Below are positions 25,401 to 38,523 of a stretch of DNA of 64,000 bases, piece after piece (position 1 is the first letter of the stretch; each line of letters opens with the position of its first letter). The stretch lies in contig CM120641.1 in the NCBI GenBank assembly GCA_051362555.1, forward strand, positions 34,478,401-34,542,400, in the 5' to 3' direction. The stretch is from Lingula anatina. Its lineage: Eukaryota > Animalia > Brachiopoda. Position numbers and translations under genes: made by a program. The notes beneath the pieces were generated by a model, which made no database searches, had not been told where the DNA came from, and saw only the letters and a program-made list of their open reading frames with translations.

Positions 25401-28400
25401 AAAATAGAACCAAGAGAGATTTTCTTTCAAGGTTTTTCATTTAAAGAGCTATTTATATTGTTTATTAAGATTATCATTGTGCTTTGAAATATAATGTTAT
25501 AGGAGTGTGCCTCGTTGCCACGTGCTTCACTATAACAGTTATACTCTTAGGATATTATGATATAATAAAAATTACATGAAATAAATTTAAAGTTGATCCA
25601 AAGGTACCTGTAATTCATTTCATTATCATTTCAAGCAAGATAAAATATTTGATAACTTTAAGCATAAAACAGTTAAAATATATAATATTTTTTGTTAAAA
25701 TGAATGAAATTTTCACCGGAGTTATAATCCATGTGAGGTTTAAATTACAGGGTCAGGTTGTTTGACCACACAGCCTGTTTGGTGCTATATCAGCATTGCA
25801 TGGAGGTATGGAAAATTTCTTTACCAGAGTGTGTGAGATATAATTTGGAACAAATATTTATATATGATATTTCATATATGATAAACAGTAAAAAAGATCA
25901 TTTGAGTGATCTGGAGGAGGGAAAAATAGACAATTATGTTTCTAGTAATACTGTTTTTTTTTCTTCACTTAGCTCCTTTGGTGTTACAAGCATTCCTTGC
26001 ATTTTAACTTACAAAAGATATTTGTGAATATGGGTAGTGTTTTATTATCCAAGAGAGGATGTAACATACATTTTACTCATTTTTTAAATGTTTAACAAGG
26101 AAGTAGGTAGGTATGAGTTTAAAAATATCCCACAGATATTCTTTTATCAATTGTTGTAATAATAATTATTATTATGAAAGAAATTTTTTTAATAGAGCCC
26201 CACAGCAAGAGTGGAAGAAGTAAAAACTAAACCAAAAAGCAAATGGAGGCCTAACCCTCTGGACACGGTGGTAAGAAAAATTATAAATAAATTTGTCTTT
26301 AAGAACAGAATTTACAAAAAGGGGAGTTATATGCATTTCTCTATGAATTCATTTACCACGGCATATTAATTTACGTCATATGTACATATGAGGTGATTTT
26401 TACTTACAAAATTTAAGAAAAAAGAAGGGTACTTCAAATCGTGATCTGATGTAGAGCCAGTTACACAGACTACAGGGTTCAAAATCGTACAATTTTGCAG
26501 GAGTTAGAAAAACTGGCCTCTAGGAAGTTGCGCATTAATGCCAAGGAAACCATGAAAATAGCTGAAAAGCTGTATACCAGTGGATTCATCAGTTATCCAC
26601 GTACAGAAACTAACATGTTCCCCAAGGACATGGACTTGAGGGGACTTGTGGAGAAACAAACACAAAGTCCACATTGGGGAGGTGAGATCAGTTTGATTAG
26701 TTTTGTCAGAAATCTGGGGATTTTCAGCTAAATGTGATGACTTAACTTTAAGTCACACTAGTTACAATGTTGATTAAGTAGGTATGCACACTGTAGAAAG
26801 AACAAGAGATCATAATTTTTGATATCTCTTATTTAGTGTATTTAAGTTTATTTCACTTTTAGTAAATATGTCATGTTGATCAATTACAATGTTATAACAT
26901 GAAAGATGTACAGTGACATGAATCTTAGAATTTTTGACTTTATCTAAATTATCATTCTTCTACATCAATGGAAGTTAATATATGTTGATTTGATTTGATT
27001 TTCCAGGGTTTGCTGGACAGATCATGGAGCGAGGTCCTACTCCCAGAAATGGGAACAAAACTGATAATGCTCATCCCCCTATACATCCTACCAAGTACAC
27101 AAACTCTTTACAGGTAGGTCTGTTACGACTGGACTGGTTTGGATCAGACAAAAGCCTTACTCCCATCAATTCAGACCATCAGGTTGCAGAAACTCTATCA
27201 TCTCTTTACACTGTGACATCTGATGGTGTATTTTAGTGGGTTAAAGGTGGCTTTCTTAAAGTAAATTGTATAGTAATTTGTAGGTGTCAACAAATTTGCC
27301 AGCTGGACATCTTATGGTCTGTGTAGTAGTCATATTGTCCCATGGATAGAGTACTTTGAATATACCCTATGTACCACAACAAGTATGGTTTTCATGGCTA
27401 AAGATCTAATAATATAGAACGTGGTCCTTGAGTGCCCCAGCTTTCTTGAGAGGTATTGGTTACAGTAGCAAAAAAGTAAAAAGAAATTCGGTTTGCACAA
27501 ATTTCTATATGCTAATGTTACATATCTTTACAAGCTTTCATACACAGTTCTTTGTTTAGCTTCTATTTACTCTGCAGTGATACATATCAACTTATGTTAT
27601 TAAAATCAAGGTCTTGTTTGTTTAAAAAGATATGTCATTGGATTAGTAATATATTTTTCTTATATCTCCTGCAGGGAAATGAAGCCAAGCTGTATGAATA
27701 CATAGTGCGGCATTTCTTGGCCTGCTGTTCCCAGGATGCACAGGGCATGGAAACCACAGTGCAGATTGATATTGCCGAGGAAAAGGTGTGTGTGCTCTCA
27801 TCAACAGCGATAAAGTGTTTGTTCTTTTTTCTTCTTTAAAAGGTCAAACTTTTTTTTTCCACAATAATTATTGTATTGATTTGGCTTTAGTTGATCAAGA
27901 ATGAGATGTTTTTTTTCTTTTGGAGTAGTTTTTCCTTTTAAGGTGTTAAATTGAATTTAGAAAATTGTTGGCTTTTGTACAAAATTTTCTTCAACAGAAT
28001 TCAGGTGAAGGGGGGGGGGGGTGGTATTCCTTATAATATTATACATCCAATTTAATAAATGAGAATATATGAGCTATATATTATCTTGGAGGAATCATTT
28101 CCCTTTTTCATGACCTCTATATAATTTTAGTTTGTAGCCAGTGGTTTGATGATAATAGCCAAGAATTATTTGGATGTCTATATCTATGATAAATGGAACG
28201 CAAAGGTAGGTTGTTTTGCTCTGGATTATTACAAGTGCATTAATGAAATAGTATACAATTATTTGATACCTGATACTCATTTGAAACAATATTGAACTGA
28301 AATAATCAGTATTAAAATAGTTACATAATTTTGTTTTCAGAATACAGTGTAAATTATAAACTGTTTTTCAAATAAATATAAGTGTTAAATTTTCTGCCTG

Positions 28401-31400
28401 TCTAGTTTTTTTTTTTGCAGATGGCCATTCTTTCCCACAACTTTACCATATTATCTTTAATTTTCAGGTTATTCCAGTCTTTAATCAAGGGGAAACTTTT
28501 CAACCAACATCAATACAGGTACTTATTCTGTTTGATTTTCAAAAGACCTATTTCATGCTGATTTGGCTGATGACTAAAATGAATATGTGTTCAACACATT
28601 GTGAATTTTTGAGTATATCATAGTAAGTATATCATATATCAGAGTATATCATATCAAATGCATGTTTGAATAGGGTTTGTGACTAAATTGTGAAATTGGC
28701 CTGCTATAGGGCAAATTGAAAGATGAAGGATAATGGAATAAATTCAAAAGTTTGCTTTGTGGATTTATATTCAAAATAATATGTTATTTGAACTATTTAC
28801 CATTGATTATAACAGACATGGAATTTTCAGAATTATGGAGAATGTTTGCCTTTCTCCTCTCCAGGGACCTTTTTCTTGAAAGTTTATGTCTCTGAGATTT
28901 GCAAACTTTTAGCCTGAAAGACCTTCAACTGTGATAAATTGTACTATAATTGTAGATGGTTGATGGGGAAACAAGCCCACCTTTGCTGTTGTCAGAGGCA
29001 GACTTGATAGCACTCATGGAGAAGCATGGCATAGGTAAAACTTATAAAATGACTGTTGTCAACTTGTTGAATCCTTAAAATCTAGTTAAGTTATTGATAA
29101 ATTAGGATTTTTATGATCTTTTTGCTTTGTTTTTGATTTTTTTATTGATATTTTTTATAAAAGTAGAAAATTGAAAACATTTCTAATATGTTATCAGATT
29201 TCTGGCTGGAGAGAGCTACTCTGATGACAGATTATGGGCTCTTTGAGTCTTGATGACAGAATCTGAAAATCAAAACTTTTTTCTTTTTTATTCAAATAGA
29301 AAGAAAGAAAGCTCCCTAGTATTGTCTAGGGACTGGCAGTGCAACCTTGCAACATTCTTTTCACTTAAGTTACTTCATATGAAATTCTGTAGAAAAATAA
29401 TCCAAAGTAGATTGAAAATGTATCCCCAATGTATTATAAAAATGCAGAACATATTACAACATGTGTTTTCTAGGCACTGATGCAACCCATGCAGAACATA
29501 TTGAAACTATCAAATCAAGGAATTATGTAGGAGTGCGCAATGATGGAAGATTTGTGCCAGGAGAACTGGGAATGGGGCTTGTGGAAGGTAAATCAGCATA
29601 ATGCTTATTATAATTCCTCACATCGTCAGGCCATAGAGTTCTTTTACTAGAGTCATTTAGCTGTAAAACAGTTACATTTAGTTGTATGATGTGTAATGTT
29701 ACCGTGCTAATAATGTGACTAAATTTTATAAGCCTAAAACTTGTCTTTCCCATTACTTTAAAGAATTTTCCAGAATTGTTGTTATAGTAAGCAGGGTGTG
29801 AAAGTTACTTAAATAACAACGCACCTCATAATGGAAAAAAAAAAGATGAAACAATTTTAAAGCTTAAAATATTGGGCCTATAAGTGACTTTTTTGTAAAG
29901 TGAATCTTTAAAATGTCAGATATGACCAAACTGTATCTATATTTTTTGTGCTAATGCTCGTGTGAAAACATTATTTTAGGCTATGACTCCATGGGATATG
30001 AAATGTCTAAACCTCACCTACGAGCAGAACTAGAAGCTGATTTAAAAAGGTGTGTAAAATGAAATTCAGCTGTCGTAATAATCAAGGTGACATTTTCTTC
30101 TCTTGGAACTTCAAAAGGCCTTTTTTTAATTTGATGATTATGTAAATACCTGTTTGAAATATTCAAAGGGGTTTGTTGTTAAATTATAGTACAGTGCTTT
30201 CAATTTTGTTTTGTAGGATTTGTGAAGGAAAAAAGGACAAGGATGGTAAGTGATTTTTGTACATTTTACAGCCCAATTTTTAAGGTTTACAGATTTAATA
30301 AAACCCTAATTTCATTTTATATAACCTCTGAGTCATTAGTAGGGTAATATTTTTTTTCTCTTTTAGTGGTTTTAAGAGAGCAGATTCAGAAATACAAGGA
30401 AGTTTTTATTGAGGCCTGCAGGCAGGTAAGTAAATTTAGAAGTATGGCAAAATTTCAGTTTTCTGTGACTTGGGGGGGGGGGGGGGGGGGGGGCATTTGT
30501 GACTAGCTGCCTTCATCAGTTGATATATCAGACATTTACAATAGGTTCCTTTTTGCTGTACCACAGTACATAGTGGTCAGTAAGGGATAACATCCACTCA
30601 CATCAGTCTGATGAGACCTCCAATCATGGTGGCCATAATTAGCTAACACTGGTTAGAAAATTCCCAGGGTGTGTTCAATAAATTTACTATGTGATCAAAT
30701 TACCAAGCCAACAAACATTTCTTCAGTCAGTTTTATAAATATATTGGATTTGTGTGATTTTTATTACAGTTTATGATGTTCAAATATACTAAACAGTAAA
30801 TTTGTCTTGTTGTTCACAAAACTTGTCTCTTTTTGAAGATATAAGTATTTAGCATTTAAGAGAATTGATATTCACTACCATTAAATTTTGATAAAATATT
30901 CCAGGCCAGCAAAATTGATGAAGCTTTGTCTCATTACCTGAATGAAGAGGCTCAACCCTACGCTGAGCAAGGTGAGTATACAGCCAACCTTATTCAATTG
31001 GAGAATCCAGATGTTTACGCAATGGGTTATAAACATGAATGGCTTGATTGGTTACGTATACATAGAATTACCTTTTGATAAAATGAAAATATGAATATTA
31101 GAACCAGTTTGCATACTAAAAATCTTGTTTAATCAGTTGCAAGCACATTAATGGGAGCTCTCTTTTAAGTTGAATTATTACTGAGTAGGTTGATTTAAAC
31201 ATATTGTTCTTTATACTGTCTAATGTAGAGGCCCCTCATGAGGTGTCTGTCCCAGTTCTGCAGTGCCCTGGCTGTTCCACAGACATGTTGATTAAGAGAA
31301 AGAAGGATGGTCAAGGGTAAGCTGCTTGAGAAGGGGGGTTGGTGTCTATCTCGAACAACCTAGCTAAAGCCTTGGTCATGAACGGCCGTACGGGCTCTCT

Positions 31401-34400
31401 TTGCGTCCAAATTTTGCGCAGAATCTCACGTCCCACGCAAGACAAACTCAAGAAATGAGTACAATTTCCACGGCCATCGCTCCCTGCAATTAGCTTCCCT
31501 GCTTGAAAGGAAATCTCATGTGGCCTTTGCGACTCGCAAGGCAGACTTTCCTCAATCTCTACGACCTCCACGGCCTCCGCAACACCCAAAAATCGCAGGG
31601 GATGTACGATCCTGAAATTCGTGCGTCTGGTTGTGACCGAGGCTTTATACAGCTTATGATATATTCATTACATTTTTATAGGATTTATGCTCAAAACAAG
31701 CCTAGGTAAAATTGAATTTGTGTTGGGTTTTTGTGTAATCTTTGCTGTGACTCTTAGTTGTATGTTTCATTGTTTTTTAACTTTGCTTTCATCTATGTGC
31801 ATTTGCATTAACCTTATCATAAAGGTTTTCATGTATTTCTGTTTAGACTGTTTCTAAGTTGTATGGGGTACCCAGAGTGCCGAAATGCCATGTGGTTCCC
31901 AGATGCTGTGTTAGAAGCAACAGTGACAGATGAGATATGTGATAAGGTATTAACATAATCCTGTTTTCCTTTTTCCTGTGCAGGTTGATAAAAAATTTTA
32001 GCTTTGCTTTGATGAATAATAAAAATATTAGAGAAAGATGGATCCTTTCAATGTGCAAAAATTGTCAAACTTTCAGGTACAAAATTATATAATCAAAAAA
32101 AGTTATATTTCTATATAGCATTTGTGGTGCCTTTGCTTCATAGAATAGAATTTTAGAGAAGCATCCTTTTTTAATTTTGTTGCTGCCACTCAATAAAAAT
32201 GATCTTATTTTAAGAAATTATGACTTAAAAATACAGTATCTGTAAGATTCAGTTTTCCCCCTTGAAAAGAAGGAGTAAATACTGTATGTTCAGTATCAAG
32301 AACTAATATGTAGCATATATAACGTATGGCATACACAGTTTAAAGTTTCATATTCAAATTGGTCATTGTGTGAAGAGAAAAGATTAAACTTGTGACATTT
32401 ATTTTAGTGTCTGCCTGGCCCGGTGCGTAAGATCAAGTTTAAGTTCAAGAGAGGGTCAGTTCCACCAACAATGCCTACTGAGTAAGTAGAGCTGTGAGGT
32501 TTTAAAGTGGGTTAATTTATAACTATGTAATTTAAAGGTAAAAAAAAGATATTGTGCAAATTATGATTCCCTTAAAAAATATTAAAGGCATTTGTATTTT
32601 AAAAACCCAGTAAAAGGAAGACGTACATCTTGGTTTGAATGATAAACCTTACATCATGATTAGCTCCAGAAGATAGCTTGCCACCTCTGCAGCATGTGTA
32701 GTTTTCAATAGGTTTGTCAATTCTTTGATTCTTACTCAGAAATCATTTCAGTTCTCATCACAGACTGAGTGATTCACTGCTGGGTCCAACCCTGACCGAA
32801 AACCAGAAGAAAGGAATGGTGCACAATGTTTCAAATGATGCACTTTTTATTATTGTTTAGCTTTAAACAATTTCATTTTTACTTTTTCTACAGTTTTACT
32901 ATTACAGAAATTGCAGTTTATTGAACATGTTTAGACTGTAGGATTATTTATTTACTTATTTATTCATTTATTTATAGGTATGTTGGCTGTGTTGGAGGAT
33001 GTGATGATGATTTAACACAGGGAATGAATATGCATTTCACAGGTAATTTGAAGTCAACAGAAGTGGAATGTACGTAATTCAATACAACATGATACAGTGA
33101 ACCTTGAAATTGCAAGAAATTGGGGTTAAAGATACAATATACTCAAATGCAGGTTAAACATAGCCGAATTCCAGTATTATATATACACCACTAACAGCAT
33201 TGATATTCCAGGGAATTCCCGCTTGAAGCAGTCTCAACGTTCAGTAAGAAGTAATGACAGTGGCTATGGAAGCAGCTTTCAGTCTACCCCAAGAAACTCC
33301 ACACTTAACTCTCAAGGCACCCAGGGTCTCAGTAGGAGTGGAAATTCTACTAATACATATGACAGAAAGAGAAACTTTTCATCTTGTGCAGCTCCAGTAT
33401 CATCAAGTATTACTGGGAGATTTAATGGTGCTTCTGTAATTGGAGGAAGGAATGGGTTTCCAATGCCCGCAGGGACTTCTCCTCAAACTGGAATACCAGC
33501 TAGAATGCCCTTGGCCCCTATAACTCCAGCACAAGGCAATGCCACTGTGTGTAATTGTGGTAGTGATGCAATGCTGTTGACTGTTAGAAAAGAGGGACCA
33601 AATACAGGTGACATATGTTAACAGTATTTAACAAGCAAGTGTGTTTCAAGGCTTTCTCTTCATTTTTCAGTTGGTTTTAGAGCATTTTGACCAACTTAAT
33701 AGAGTTTGTACCTCGTCCTACACAAGAGCTAAATGTGTTCTGTCTGCCACAGGGTGTCACATTCATGTTTATATAATATTATAACTTAAGAAAGGGGAAA
33801 GCTGTCTTTTGCTCACAAAATATCTTTCATGGATGCCTGGGATCCACAATTTTCAAAGATTTGTGGGCTCATGCATGATTTTATATTAGTTTACTTTGAC
33901 CTACCTAAGGTTAAAGAAATACGCCTTTGATCACCTGGACTGAAGCTTGCTTTTTATCCAGATTTTCCCGTCTGTAATTTATGCAAATTTTAAACAATAT
34001 ACTTGGTATTTTAGGATTTTATATATTTGCTACCCTATGGTGAAGTATGCAGGATTTTTTAAAAATATTTTCCAACATTTGTGAAATATTTTCTTTTTTC
34101 TTTTCTTTTCTCTGCAGGACGCCAGTTTTTCAAATGTCCCCTCCCTCAAGGCAGTGGCTGTGATTTCTTCCTTTGGGCAGATCAATCTTCTGACTCACAA
34201 CTGAGGTACGTCAAGGACAACTTAAGAGTAAATGGGAGTATATGGGAGACTGTTTTGAGCATTTCAGTTTTAAGACTTTTTAAAGCAAATGTGTATATTA
34301 TTGTTATTACAGTATCAATACTGTGTCAAGTACCTAATTTAGAAGTACTCTATAAGCTTGCTCATCTTTCTTCCACTTTGTGCATAAAATTGCCATGCAG

Positions 34401-36707
34401 TAAATTTCAATTTTACTGAGGAAACATAGTAATATATGTGTAACCCCATCATAAACATTTTGTTTTTGTTGAAAATAGGCAAAGTCCTAATGCTGTAAAT
34501 GGTTCCTCACTGCCTCTTAGTAGTCCTCGTGCCAGACATGTTGAAGATGGTGTAAAATGTAACTGCCAGCAGGCTGCAAAACAGTAAGTTTGTCAGTATG
34601 AAATTCATGATGTTAAGTGCATCTTCAGATGGTATGCTAAACACATTCAGTCTGTGTTAATATTGCACATATATGATTATTAATGGGCTCATTTCAGTAA
34701 AACTATCCAACTATGCGGAGACTCTTGCTGAATGCAATCAGATTAACAAGTCTTCTCTTGTTTCCAACTGTCTCATATAATCACCAGCTTTTCTCTATTC
34801 TACTCAACCCCACGAGGAGACGTTAATCTGATGATCTGATCGTAATCAGCAGGAGTCCCTGAAGCAGAAGTGGATTGATCTATGTTAAATGCGCCCTATC
34901 ATATTATGTTTTAATGTTTAATGCACCCTATCGTATTATGTTTTAATGTAGCTGTGAGACATGTTATCCTTTTTTTTTTTTCACTTCAACATCTTCATTA
35001 ATACTGAAGCGGTTTAGAGATTGGCCTGTCTGTATTTCAGACTAACAGTGCAAAAAGAAGGTCCAAACAAAGGTCGTCAGTTTTATGCATGTCCAAAGCC
35101 GAGAGGCGAGGGCTGTGCCTTTTTCCAGTGGGGAGATGCAGTAGCGTCAACTTTTAACAGCCACTTCTTAGCACCTTCCCAGCAGAGTTCAGCTTACAGT
35201 GCAGGTGATGGGGAGGTACAGTGCAGATGCCATCAGTCAGCTAAACAGTAAGTGGACAATAACTGGATGAATAGCTTGATTTTAAGTACAATTTTTGTAT
35301 ATAGTTTCATTTGACTATATATATTAGGATATATTATATGTCAAATTATTTTCACTTTATTTTTACAAAGAAGTGTAAAAATGAATATCAAAAATAATAA
35401 TTTTGAGAGAATCAGAAATGTTTGTGATAAAACATTTGTATTTAGCACTGAAAAAAGGCAATAGATTGGACAATTTAAGATTTTGTACACCTGTCGTTAT
35501 CAAAAACGTTTTTGCCATGAATGAATTTAAAGCTGAAGAAAACACATGCTGCATTTATTTTAGATATATTCTGGCTTCATATCTGTGTTAAAACTAAGTG
35601 GGTGACAGACTTAATACATATATCAGTTATTTTTAGGTTAACAGTGCACAAAGAGGGACCAAATAAAGGCCGCCCATTCTACGCTTGTCCAAAACCAAGA
35701 GGTGAGGGGTGTGGATTTTTCCAGTGGGCAGATGAAGAACCAGACTCCATGCTCAGCAGCAATGCAGGTAGGTACATATATATAATGAAATTTGCTGTAC
35801 ACGTGATTATCTTATAGACTAATCTTCAAGATCAGACTGGAAAAGCAATAGTTTTACTGTTCTAGAATGCTTGGTATCCTGCTCCTTACTCACACTTTCT
35901 CTCTCTAAATTTTAATTTTAATAATTGATTAAAATGTCTGATTTTGTATTACTGACTTAGCTGGTGTTTTATGGCCTGCAGATGCAACTCTATTACACTA
36001 TTTTGCTGTGATTTTATACAATTCAACTTTATGGCCTGCAGATGCAACTCTATTATACAATGCAACTCTATTACACAATTTTGCTGTGATTTTATACAAT
36101 TCAACTTTGTATTTATGTATATGTATATATTTAATTTTATTCTGTTCTATTTTTCAGGTTGAATTAATTTGAGTTGATGCAAATTTAAATTTTCTTACTT
36201 TCAAATGGTATAGTTTCTCCTCTCTCTCTCTAACTCAGGTGACCATTTTGGAAATGGAGCCAGGAAGAGAAATAGCAACACAAATAGACAGCCTGGAGAG
36301 AAAAAAACTAGAAAATGTGGTCTCTGTGGGGAGGAAGGTATACACCAATAATATATTTCTGAAAGTTTAGACTCTTCCCTTCCCACTGGAATTATAACCA
36401 AGATGCATTTCTCCTTTTTGATAAAATTTGATATAATGAGTTTACATTTTATGTAAGTGATAATGCATATTTAATATTATTAATGATCAGAATTCAACAC
36501 TCAGTGCTCTTACAGGTAGCAGATATTATCAAATTAACATTGTGTGACTATTACATCAAATGTATATTTATGACTTACTGATCCAACATGTAATAAAGCA
36601 AGAAAATAGGAGTCGGATCACTAGATAGAAGATGTTCTTGTCGATATATAATTTAATGTGTGTACTAATTTGCAGGGCACACCCGTAGGAATTGTCCACA
36701 TGCTTAG
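21266..36707 (+). CDS. TOP3A: DNA topoisomerase III alpha, complete, 32 coding exons
   Basis: Exons: 21266(or 21347)-21430, 22626-22759, 22944-23019, 23434-23542, 23744-23795, 24369-24460, 24869-25039, 25292-25337, 25751-25805, 26196-26270, 26501-26681, 27007-27113, 27675-27785, 28131-28205, 28468-28518, 28956-29034, 29474-29587, 29980-30049, 30217-30245, 30367-30425, 30905-30971, 31229-31316, 31847-31946, 32408-32481, 32978-33042, 33212-33607, 34118-34205, 34479-34583, 35041-35247, 35637-35767, 36239-36337, 36676-36707 (TAG). Motifs: [57 protein letters not shown], catalytic [25 protein letters not shown]4 ribbon, 3 GRF fingers, terminal [14 protein letters not shown]. Confidence 0.97.
21476..21701. 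mobile_element. Harbinger-like MITE family 1 copy 2 (inverted), TOP3A intron 1
   Basis: Reverse-complement homologue of 3004-3215 with TTA on both sides (21473-21475, 21702-21704). Confidence 0.8.
22438..22495. repeat. (CTT)n(CT)n compound microsatellite
   Basis: Directly visible. Confidence 0.95.
31367..31645. mobile_element. ~280-bp GC/CpG-rich MITE in a TOP3A intron
   Basis: TA|AAGCCTTGGTCATGAACGGCCGTACG ... CGTGCGTCTGGTTGTGACCGAGGCTT|TA: imperfect ~26-bp TIRs, with composition sharply different from the flanking intron. Confidence 0.72.
34685..34949. mobile_element. ~260-bp interspersed repeat family 2, copy 1
   Basis: Near-identical inverted copy at ~46909-47172. GGGCTCATT terminus, internal IR (CTGAATGCAATCAGAT) and a 32-bp tandem unit at one end. 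Confidence 0.8.
35968..36108. repeat. Local 60-bp tandem duplication in a TOP3A intron
   Basis: TTTATGGCCTGCAGATGCAACTCTATTA...CAATTCAAC repeats at 35968 and 36028, with an extra internal short duplication. Confidence 0.9.
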
Positions 36708-38190
36708 TGAAGAGATCCACACAACAAGACCTGGTTTATGAAGGGAGTGTTTCATCAGCCAAATTATCCAGCAATTTACAGTTTGGTCAGCTCATCTCTG
36801 CCTGGAAAGCAAAATGATGTGGTTACTGTTGTGCAGGTGCTGTTACCACCAACAGAGAAATGAACCATGTTAACCTTCAGTTTTTTGGTTTTTGGAAAGT
36901 TGCCAGATGTTACTTTGACACCGAGTACTACTCAGAGTGTCAAAGTGGCTAGATGCTACTTGATCAACAAAGGATAGGGAGACTTATTGTGTAACAATCA
37001 ACTATTGCTTTGTGGAGTATTATCTGAACACTAAAGCTCCATAGACTTTGGAATGCATTTTGAATACAATGCACACTTAGAGAAATATTAACCCTTTAGC
37101 TCAGGCAAATTTATATATCCACCAAGAGACAACAGAATAGCATCAGCATAAATGATGCAAAAATGAATCAGCTTTCTGCAAACTTGCTAACAAGACACAA
37201 TATGAATATATCCATCTCCTGCTGTACTCAACTATTTGTTATTAATAGTAAAAAATCTGGGAATATCTGGGATGCTGCCATCTTCTACATGTCATGAACA
37301 ATTCTCTTTCAATGACTGGCCAATAAGGAGCTGTCAGGGTTAACAAAAAGTCTTGAATTTAAACTATTTCAAATTGGTTTCTTTAAAAGTGGATTTCCTA
37401 TATTATCCATGCCAGATGACAGCAGTTACTGTTAATGATACTCGCATTAAGTGTTAGGGAATAAGGTGGTAGTGTTCTTACCTGGAAATGAATAAGGAGA
37501 GAGGAGAGTTTTTCAAGTAGCCAGGCATGAGCATAGGTACATAGGAAAATAAGACTGATCTATAACATCAATTATGTGCATATATTTAATGTGTTGAAGC
37601 TGACCACTGGTTACTATTGCGTCAGTTTGCAACCAGTGCTAGGTTAAGCATTGGTTTGTAACTGATAATCATGGCTTAAAATGTAAATAAAAACTGTGAA
37701 AATGGCACATGATTATTGGTTGCAAAACCAGTGTGTAATTGCAAGTTGCACCTTTCCCTAAAACCCTCTTTACACTGAACGGTATCCATCCATTCTGTGT
37801 CCTTTGTGCGATTTTTTTTACTCTCAAATGGGGTTGTACTACGGGACGCAGAAAGGACGCAATCCAGTGGGGAGGGGGGGGGCTTCCCAATATTGGTAAT
37901 GGAGGATTCAGTTAAACCAAAGTGTAAGGCATTGGAGGCAATGCACAAGATGGTTAATATAATTGTACCACAAGTCTGTTATTTTCCCCAAAGGCTGCTT
38001 GAGTAAGCTTTATTTATGCATGCCATGATTAGGTCCTTGGTGCTCTTTTTGATTTTGCAAAGGAAAAAAGTTTTTCCTGCTATTCTTCTTTTCTCACTGT
38101 CCGTCGTAACAAAATCCACCATTGAAGTTCTGATAAATGTTGATGTATGTTTTAACTTTAGGGCATACTCAATTTTCTTTTACAGCTTAA

Positions 38191-38523
38191 AGGGATAATA
38201 ACTCTTCGAAGGAGATCTATATTTCACAATAAAAACATTGTGAATAACTCAGAAATATAATATATTGTTTTACCACAAAAATGGCAGTTATAGCTATTAT
38301 TCTGCTTTCTGAGTTTGTCTTTAGATCACGTGACCTCCATTGATGGCTATACTCTGTTAAAATCTCTTATGAGATTTTAACAAAAAACCAAACTTTTTAG
38401 AAAAAAACCAGGGACTAACTTTGAATGTAAAAATGGATTCATTTACCATTGGTAAGTATGGGAAAATTGTTGTTTACTCCAGGAAAATTCATTTTTTGGC
38501 CAAAACGAAGAGTTATTATCCCT
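38191..38523. mobile_element. 333-bp MITE with perfect 18-bp TIRs and TTAA TSD (Kolobok-like)
   Basis: TTAA|AGGGATAATAACTCTTCG ... CGAAGAGTTATTATCCCT|TTAA. Purine (AG) termini with a TTAA TSD fit Kolobok rather than piggyBac. Confidence 0.9.

Noticed and set aside
30472-30493. Poly-G run (and long poly-A runs at 19367, 49038, 59231) as functional elements
   Set aside because: Simple homopolymers with no associated element body or TSD; their lengths are also unreliable in assemblies.
21431-36675. U12-type or non-canonical introns in TOP3A
   Set aside because: All reconstructed introns are GT-AG and none has a GTATCCTT/ATATCCTT donor.
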